Source: a virus
Taxonomy: Duplodnaviria; Heunggongvirae; Uroviricota; Caudoviricetes
DNA: 45,827 bases
Direction: 5' to 3' (one strand)
Virus record (IMG/VR): IMGVR_UViG_3300007747_000008
Location: 1-45,827 of that record
Under the pieces are notes generated by a model, which was not told the origin of the DNA, ran no database searches, and worked only from the letters and a program-made list of their open reading frames with translations. How positions within the stretch are numbered: position 1 is the stretch's first letter; each line of letters begins with the position of its first letter. The position numbers were made by a program, and so were the translations under genes. Shown here piece by piece: positions 38,506-45,827 of the stretch.

Positions 38506-41500
38506 TTATACTTTAAGTAAAGTTGGTATCATTGCTCCAGTAACTGTAATAGATGAACTATAAGTACTCAAAGGTATTGGTGGATAGTTATTTGAGTAAA
38601 TATCCATTTTTTCTTCTTGACCTAAGTTTAAACCATTTGCAGTAAAACTAACACCCTGCTCATAATAGTTATCAACCGTCCCATTATATGAACGTATTAC
38701 GTTTCCATTCTTACGCATAAACATTTGTTCACCTTTCAATGAAACAATATCACCCTCACCACTTGATACACCAGTCACCACACTATCTAGGATAGTAATA
38801 GAACCAACTGCCGATGGTTTAGATACATAAGTTACATTCTGAACAGAATCATTAGTAATGACAGTGCAAGTACTATTACTCTGAATGAATACATTATCAA
38901 CTAATGCCTGAGAGTATGTCCATTTTCCAGTAGAAGAATTATACACAGGACTAATAGAACCAGTTGTGTATTCATATACGAAAATCTGTAATGAGTCATT
39001 CATTTTAGTTCTTATCAATTCGCTTAATGCTCCTTGTCCGTAAATCGGTTGATAATATCCATGATCAACTTCAACGCCGTTTTCAACAAATAATTCATTG
39101 GAAACATACCACACATCATAATCGTCTTTAGGTAAATTATCAGTGTACTCGCCAGCATCCAACATAACATCATAGAACACGTCATAATCGAGTGCATCAA
39201 CCGCGTAGGAGCGATTTGCCGCATATCTGACATAATTACCCGGTGCAAACGAAGTGTCGTTAAACGACGTTACACGAACGATTGTGATACTTGTGTGTTC
39301 GGCCTGTGCCAACCACATATCACTATCTGAATTATATACAGTATTGAATACTAAACCTGCAATAGTAACCACGCGATCATTAACAGAACTAACAGTAAAC
39401 ATGCGTGGTCTGTTTCCAGTACGAATATTTGCATCTGATAGAATAGTAACAAAGGTTCCATCAACAGCCGCTGCGTCATAATTACTACCTTCAGGAGTGA
39501 ATACCGCAACAGTATCTCCTACAACCAACCCATGATTTTTATCCAATTTAACTTGACCATTAACAGTTAATACATCATATACATGATTTGTGTACTTAAT
39601 ATATTGATGATCCATAGAAGTTCTATCCATTAATGCAATAGCTTCTTCGTAACGTGGAATACTAACCAACGCTTCGGATTTATTATATGGGTTAAGAGTA
39701 ATATAACCCTCAACTTGGAAGTTGCCTTGATCTTTTAGTTGTGGCATATTCTCTGCATCATATGAATATCCATCAACTGTAAATCTCAATTGTGACATAT
39801 CTTGTTTATTTGGATTTAATTCAGAGATATCAATAAATGATGAATCCTGAATTGTATTAACCAAATCAGTTGCTTCCAAAACAATACGTTTAGTTTGTGA
39901 TTCTAATGCTAAGTTATCATATGAATTCATATCATCATAGTACTCTTTAGTATTATACGCTTCGACAATTGATTGATAATCAGAATACAACGGACTAGTT
40001 GGATCCATTGGTAAATCATCAAGATTAGGTTCAGCCACATACACGTTATCACCCGACGTTATGAATGTATCTTCCATAAATGTAGTCAAGCTTTGGTCAA
40101 ACGGTACTGATAGGAATGTACCAGCATCATTTCTCACGTAAACTAGTTTACGTGGAATCATAACCATACAGTACGCATCAATATCACGATTGTTAATGAT
40201 TGCTTCAGCGAATGCATAATGATCAGCGTCATCGGCATAATAACTGTTACGCATTGCAGTTAAAACATAAAGCGTATCGTTATAGTGACCTAACACATCA
40301 CCCTCATCACCCAATACAGTCCAAGTGTATAATCCATATTCATATGCCAAGTAATAGTATACTTCAGATTCAGTGAATGATGGATTTTCAGCTTTCACAC
40401 GTTTGTAGAATATATTAAACAATTCACGAGTATGCATAACATATCCGAAGTTTGAACCATTACTCGCAGAATATCCAAATGGCAATCTGGTGTTAGGGTT
40501 ATCATCAACAACGACTCCCTTAAATGGACAATTAACTTGTTCTTCAATTGTTTCTTCATTATATGAAGTATATAATTTCAATCTATTAGAAAGAGTATTA
40601 TACATTCTATATTTTTGCATAGTATCAACCGATGGTTGAGAATCTATTACCGAATTAGTTATATTGATAACATCGTTAGTAAATGTTGTTGTTGCATCTA
40701 TATCATTGCTGAATTGTTCATACATTGCATTAATAGCATCTTTAGTAGGAACGTTAACATCAAATGTTGAGTAAATTCCTGACAAACCAATACTAATTGA
40801 GTTTTCAATCTGGGTAATATTTGCTTCAGGAATAGTATAACTATAACGTTGAAGTTTATACTCACTGCCAGTACTCAAGAAGTCGTTGTCATTGCTTTGG
40901 AACTGATTATTAATATCTTCGAGCACTTGTGCCGCTGGCATATTAGCATCAGGCATACATTGAACGTTATCATAATGCATAATAACATCAATTTCTTGGA
41001 ATCTTCTGTTCGGTGTTGTAAAATCACTTGGTAATGAACCTTTCACTTCCCACTTATTAGTAGTAGGGTTGAATTGTGCATATTCATAATCCCATATATC
41101 AGATTGAGTCTTTACCCACTTCCCATTTTGCAAAATATAGCCAGTAGGATCTAAATCATTCAACAAACCGTTAATTTCATCAGTATCTGATGTTTTTTGT
41201 TCAATCTGAGAACGAATTTTAGTTCTATAAGGTTTAACTTCTTCAAAATATGAAATAATCTGACCAATTAAATCTTCACTGCTTGAATAATTCTGTTTTA
41301 GTGACTGGTCTAACCCTACAATGTAGATATAGGACGTTTTAAATACCCAATCAACAACTTGTTGTTCAACGTGAACGTACTTAACCATATCAAATACAAT
41401 ATTACTTTGATAACCATCAAATGAATTCTTAAACAATGCTAAAGCCTTTCTTACGTTAATTTCAACGTTAGTCAACGCACCGTTTGAATCATATTGTGTG

Positions 41501-44500
41501 TAATCATTGTATAATTGATTGTTTAATGCTACAGTACTGTTCTGGCGACCAATTGCTGTCCAAATTAACACATTACGTGATGCATCCCTGCGATATAGAG
41601 TCCAAACACCGTCAGAATCGGTAACTCTGATAATATCACCAATTTGATAGTTTTTGGTATTTGCAATATCAATGGAGATCTCATCAGTGTATTCAGTATC
41701 TGAGTTATATCCAATATCATACCAATCAGCAAGTGACCAGTACTGCGTCATGTCAAGAGATGTTCCCAATGACTCAATATAATCAGTTTGTTTGATCATA
41801 TTATGCTGACCTTCACCTTTATTTTCTAAAGTGATGGTGATTACAGAACCAGATGAACTTGGGTTATTCATTAGATGAATATAACCGTTTTCATCATAGT
41901 GTACAAAGTAAACACTAGTACTAATCAAAGGTGATGGTAAAGTTCCGTTTGTATTAACAAGAACTGCGTCGTTTTCTAAGAATTTTTGTTCATTAGTTGC
42001 GATTACTAGTTCGTTATTATATGTTAGAACTTTAAAACCAACTTGATTAGGGTTAACTTCTGTCGTTTTTACATTAAACACATCATTCATAACAACAGTA
42101 TTAGTTGTCATGTTAATATGGCGGTATACATCATTTGCTGAATCTACAAAAGTACGTCTTGCTTCAATAATATCTTCAAACCAAACTTTGGATGAACCTA
42201 ATCCTAATTCAGTTTCTGGATAATGTAATTCTTGGTATTTTCCATCAACTAATGGCTCTTGACCAATTAATGAATTCCATAGAGAGTCCCAAATTACTGG
42301 ATTAAAGTTATAATTATCACCTTCTTTACAAAGTTGATATTGTTCGTGTTTAATTACATCATCATGATCTTCTTTATAAGTAACAGTTAAGATACTTTTA
42401 TCATCATTTACTTCGTATTGCATGTTAGACATGATAAATGAAGTTTCTGAAATTGGAGAGAACCAAGGAGTGTTTAATACCATAGGATCTTTGATAATAC
42501 GTGCAATTTCTTGACATGATTTATCACGATTTTTAACTTGTGGAACATATATACTATTTTTAACCCAGAAATAGAACTTACGAACATAAGTTTGAGTCGA
42601 AGTATCATATACCATGAATTCACAGTAGTTTTCTTCTAATGCTTCACCACTTGGAACATAAGAGTTCTCAGTTTTGTTTAGTCTTGCCTGTTCAGTACAG
42701 TAATTATCCCATGCATATGGTTCTACTGGAGATGAAACCCATTCGTAAATGTTAATATCACCACTTGGAAGTAATTTACCCCAATTAACACGCTTGTACT
42801 CTAGTGTTGCCTGTGCATCTACATTTCCATTAACATCATATATTGGTCTTGTGTAATCAAGGAAATAAGCTTCACGCGTATCCCACCAAACAGTCCCTAC
42901 TTTATCAGATGCCCATGCCATTTCAGCTTCACCATTACTATTGTATAATGCAGGGTCATGTGAACCAACAAAACTAACGTTCGTCATTGCTGGACCCGGT
43001 AATACACCATTAATTGGATCGTAAATGTTAATATACAATTCAGTAACGTTAGTTTGTGAATTATACGTTGTTGCTTTATCAAACAGTGTGGTTTCAGGTG
43101 CATTAAAACTATACTTTTTATCAATATATGCAGTTTTAACATCAGGTGTTGAAAATCTTGACACATAACGATATAATGTAGGCTGTGGTGCACTGAAAGT
43201 CATATCAATAGAGATATTAACTGGAACAATTATTTCGTTCGCTGCACTACCAGTACTATAATATTGCTTTTCTGACTTTAATAAATCCGGCATATAGTTA
43301 GTTGGGTCAACAAAATAGAAATAATCACCATCACTCATATTATGTGCTTCACTTAAAATTAATTTACAGTGAGTTGTTGGTAAACCATCCCCACTATCAA
43401 TTGCTTCAATGGCAGTCAATGTAACACCGGTATTTGACAAGTCAAATATATTCCATGTGTCATCCATATCATGGAACATCCATGTTGAAGTTGGAACTTC
43501 ACCAGAATTAGCCATATATGTTAAGCGATCAGTATAAGCTGTTGTGTAATCACGAGTCGTGTAATCAACTTCATCTAATGTTACCGGACCAATATCTGGT
43601 AAATTAATATTTTCACTTCTACCACTACGTTGTGGGAAAGAAAAATGACCATTTGGCCTTGTGATCCAACGACTATCATCACCTTGTTTACCAAAGTACA
43701 CAATGCTATTACTATCACCCGAATCGGTTGCATTTACATCAAATGAAACTAATTGTGGTTGCTGTTTAAATTCATTATTCACTAACTGGAATTGTAATGA
43801 TTTTTTACCATATATGTTACCATAAACACCAACTTTAAATGCCCACTCTTGAAGTGCTTTATACTCATCGGTATTATATGATTTGGATACTCGTAATACA
43901 CGTTCTAGTACTTGGTTAGTACCTTTGTCACGGATAAATCCTTTATAGAAATTAACACGAGACGGTTCACTAGTGATCATCTGTGATAAGTAATCACGTG
44001 TCTGGTATCCAATCAAATGGCGACCAAGATCACGTAATGTAACATCAGAAACAGGTTCGTCAATATCGTAATATTGTTGGAAATCAGTAACTAGTGTTTC
44101 AAAATCAGGTAGAGTGCCGGATTCTAGTACAATGAATCCCGGTGCTTCTAAACGACCGTTCCAGCTTCCAGTAATATATCCATACATACGAATCAATTCT
44201 TGAACTGAACCGTAAACTGGAATATAAATTGAATCACCAAAAATAGTAGTATCGTCAAAAATAACAGCATGTTCATATGAGGCAAGACTCAATCTAACTA
44301 ACGCAATACGTTTATCAACATCATCAGCTAAACGGACAGTGAATACACTACCCAAACGAGTTGTTTGAATTTCATATGGTCTAATACCTTCGTTGTTGTC
44401 ATCTAACAATGACCAAACACCACCATTGTATTGAGTTACTGAAAGAACTGTACCAAATTCAGAACCAAACTTAACACTTGCAGTACTTGGGGATACGGAA

Positions 44501-45827
44501 ATGAACTCACCCGCTGTTAAAATTGTTTGACTCCAATCAAGGAAATCTTTAGCAATTTGAACCCAATCTAAAATAACACCATCATCATTCTGTTCTTCAA
44601 AAATCCAACCTTTTGATTCTAAGTACTGTCCATATGAACATAGGAAAGTATACACATCTTGGAATGAATTGAATACTGTACCGTACGCAATATCTTGGGT
44701 ATTTTGAGTATATTCAGTATAAGTTACAACCGAACGAACGCCCTGAGTTGTTGTGATTTTTTTACCATTCTTATTTGGAACTTGAACTGTGAATTTTGCT
44801 CCAACAAGATCATAACCATCAATTTTATACGCAGAACCATTCCAAGTGATTTTTACAGCACTTAAAACTTCATTGCGAATTGCCGAACTTTTAATTAAAC
44901 CAATATGCTGACTTTCATTGGATATTAATCCAAATGATTCAGAATAAAAACTTAATTGGTCTTGTTTAGTAAATCCACCGAGTTTATGACCAATATTAAT
45001 ATAAGAAGAACGTAAAACATCACCATATTTGGAAGTAACATTTTTATTTTGATATATTAGGTTATCGGTTATTGCCATTTGGTAGCCAAGTACTCTGGTA
45101 TTGTTTTCACCATTAACAATAGTGCTAGAATTAAAATTCAAACGAGTATTTGATTCACCATAAAGAAACTGTAAACCATCACTTGTAACCTGTTTTAAGG
45201 TACTTCCACGAGTATCATAAAAATAGTTTGCGAACTGTGCAGGTTTAGCACGATATAATAGTAGAGCTTTATCAAACGGGAACATACCAGTATTCATATA
45301 AGTAAATTCCATATCACCCATATCACCATATACCCAAGGTTCAGCACGATGATTCAATGATCCACTAACTAATCCCAAAACATCTGGTGAAATTAGCTCA
45401 TATGTATAAATGTCCTCACCTGAAGAAGTAGTTCCAGATAATGTTAAAGTGAATGGTTGTTTACCAAAACGTTTGTATTTGTCATACTGACCAGCACGAG
45501 AACCAAAAAGAATAGTACCAGTACTGGCATCACCTTTCAATGAACCAACGTCCCACAATCCACTAGGAACTAAGTCACCATTTTCATCAACTACTTCAGC
45601 AGTATAAACTGTGATGAAATCAGTATTACCTTCACCAATGCGAACGGTAGTAGGCTCATACTCTTGGTTCCACCAATCAGGACGTTGTGCGAACCCTAGC
45701 ATCTCCCACGGATGGGTAGCTGGGCGGTACGTTCCGAACATGTCAGTGTATATACCACGCCATGAACCACGTGCTGGGATTGTGCTTGGTGAGCCGTTTA
45801 CAACATAAGTTGTTCCGGTGTAGTTCC
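38506..45827 (-). CDS. Giant virion protein (baseplate wedge-like), 5'-truncated by the window edge
   Basis: Frame stays open from 45741 to the edge (..NYTGTTYVVNGSPSTIPARGSWRGIYTD-MFG..), so the protein exceeds 2430 aa; aromatic-rich; EVKPYRTK motif. Function inferred. Confidence 0.75.
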   Translation of the reverse strand, partial: NYTGTTYVVNGSPSTIPARGSWRGIYTDMFGTYRPATHPWEMLGFAQRPDWWNQEYEPTTVRIGEGNTDFITVYTAEVVDENGDLVPSGLWDVGSLKGDASTGTILFGSRAGQYDKYKRFGKQPFTLTLSGTTSSGEDIYTYELISPDVLGLVSGSLNHRAEPWVYGDMGDMEFTYMNTGMFPFDKALLLYRAKPAQFANYFYDTRGSTLKQVTSDGLQFLYGESNTRLNFNSSTIVNGENNTRVLGYQMAITDNLIYQNKNVTSKYGDVLRSSYINIGHKLGGFTKQDQLSFYSESFGLISNESQHIGLIKSSAIRNEVLSAVKITWNGSAYKIDGYDLVGAKFTVQVPNKNGKKITTTQGVRSVVTYTEYTQNTQDIAYGTVFNSFQDVYTFLCSYGQYLESKGWIFEEQNDDGVILDWVQIAKDFLDWSQTILTAGEFISVSPSTASVKFGSEFGTVLSVTQYNGGVWSLLDDNNEGIRPYEIQTTRLGSVFTVRLADDVDKRIALVRLSLASYEHAVIFDDTTIFGDSIYIPVYGSVQELIRMYGYITGSWNGRLEAPGFIVLESGTLPDFETLVTDFQQYYDIDEPVSDVTLRDLGRHLIGYQTRDYLSQMITSEPSRVNFYKGFIRDKGTNQVLERVLRVSKSYNTDEYKALQEWAFKVGVYGNIYGKKSLQFQLVNNEFKQQPQLVSFDVNATDSGDSNSIVYFGKQGDDSRWITRPNGHFSFPQRSGRSENINLPDIGPVTLDEVDYTTRDYTTAYTDRLTYMANSGEVPTSTWMFHDMDDTWNIFDLSNTGVTLTAIEAIDSGDGLPTTHCKLILSEAHNMSDGDYFYFVDPTNYMPDLLKSEKQYYSTGSAANEIIVPVNISIDMTFSAPQPTLYRYVSRFSTPDVKTAYIDKKYSFNAPETTLFDKATTYNSQTNVTELYINIYDPINGVLPGPAMTNVSFVGSHDPALYNSNGEAEMAWASDKVGTVWWDTREAYFLDYTRPIYDVNGNVDAQATLEYKRVNWGKLLPSGDINIYEWVSSPVEPYAWDNYCTEQARLNKTENSYVPSGEALEENYCEFMVYDTSTQTYVRKFYFWVKNSIYVPQVKNRDKSCQEIARIIKDPMVLNTPWFSPISETSFIMSNMQYEVNDDKSILTVTYKEDHDDVIKHEQYQLCKEGDNYNFNPVIWDSLWNSLIGQEPLVDGKYQELHYPETELGLGSSKVWFEDIIEARRTFVDSANDVYRHINMTTNTVVMNDVFNVKTTEVNPNQVGFKVLTYNNELVIATNEQKFLENDAVLVNTNGTLPSPLISTSVYFVHYDENGYIHLMNNPSSSGSVITITLENKGEGQHNMIKQTDYIESLGTSLDMTQYWSLADWYDIGYNSDTEYTDEISIDIANTKNYQIGDIIRVTDSDGVWTLYRRDASRNVLIWTAIGRQNSTVALNNQLYNDYTQYDSNGALTNVEINVRKALALFKNSFDGYQSNIVFDMVKYVHVEQQVVDWVFKTSYIYIVGLDQSLKQNYSSSEDLIGQIISYFEEVKPYRTKIRSQIEQKTSDTDEINGLLNDLDPTGYILQNGKWVKTQSDIWDYEYAQFNPTTNKWEVKGSLPSDFTTPNRRFQEIDVIMHYDNVQCMPDANMPAAQVLEDINNQFQSNDNDFLSTGSEYKLQRYSYTIPEANITQIENSISIGLSGIYSTFDVNVPTKDAINAMYEQFSNDIDATTTFTNDVINITNSVIDSQPSVDTMQKYRMYNTLSNRLKLYTSYNEETIEEQVNCPFKGVVVDDNPNTRLPFGYSASNGSNFGYVMHTRELFNIFYKRVKAENPSFTESEVYYYLAYEYGLYTWTVLGDEGDVLGHYNDTLYVLTAMRNSYYADDADHYAFAEAIINNRDIDAYCMVMIPRKLVYVRNDAGTFLSVPFDQSLTTFMEDTFITSGDNVYVAEPNLDDLPMDPTSPLYSDYQSIVEAYNTKEYYDDMNSYDNLALESQTKRIVLEATDLVNTIQDSSFIDISELNPNKQDMSQLRFTVDGYSYDAENMPQLKDQGNFQVEGYITLNPYNKSEALVSIPRYEEAIALMDRTSMDHQYIKYTNHVYDVLTVNGQVKLDKNHGLVVGDTVAVFTPEGSNYDAAAVDGTFVTILSDANIRTGNRPRMFTVSSVNDRVVTIAGLVFNTVYNSDSDMWLAQAEHTSITIVRVTSFNDTSFAPGNYVRYAANRSYAVDALDYDVFYDVMLDAGEYTDNLPKDDYDVWYVSNELFVENGVEVDHGYYQPIYGQGALSELIRTKMNDSLQIFVYEYTTGSISPVYNSSTGKWTYSQALVDNVFIQSNSTCTVITNDSVQNVTYVSKPSAVGSITILDSVVTGVSSGEGDIVSLKGEQMFMRKNGNVIRSYNGTVDNYYEQGVSFTANGLNLGQEEKMDIYSNNYPPIPLSTYSSSITVTGAMIPTLLKV

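Noticed and set aside
45739-45741. ATG 45741 as the start of the giant gene
   Set aside because: The frame remains open to the window edge and there is no SD; the true start lies outside the window.

Overview
A 45.8-kb, AT-rich (roughly 35% GC by eye), gene-dense segment of a jumbo myovirus genome with T4-like morphogenesis genes. Gene content and order resemble the RaK2/GAP32/PBECO4-type Enterobacterales jumbo phages (inference, not a database result). From left to right: small nucleotide/redox genes (Nudix, glutaredoxin, macrodomain, a Pth2-like protein); a late structural block (gp13 neck, dNMP kinase, 884-aa sheath, three tube-fold paralogues, gp4 nuclease, putative TerS, acidic head-core proteins); a MoxR AAA+/peptidase-vWA pair; a SLOG/MazG-like/ThyA operon; a minus-strand fibre cluster including a 1596-aa repeat fibre; baseplate-type genes; a second Nudix; gp15 and gp14; ClpA; and the 3' part of a giant (>2400 aa) virion gene that runs off the right edge. 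I found no tRNA, rRNA, CRISPR array, intron or mobile element. The most striking signals are outside the protein annotations. (1) The palindrome AGTACT occurs about 89 times by hand count, against about 16 expected, and in all reading frames. (2) CCWGG appears to be avoided. (3) A three-copy promoter class GGGACA-N17-TATAAT has possible leaderless uORFs, one overlapping a terminator-like hairpin. (4) Several TAAATA late promoters sit inside hairpins that would sequester the Shine-Dalgarno sequence.
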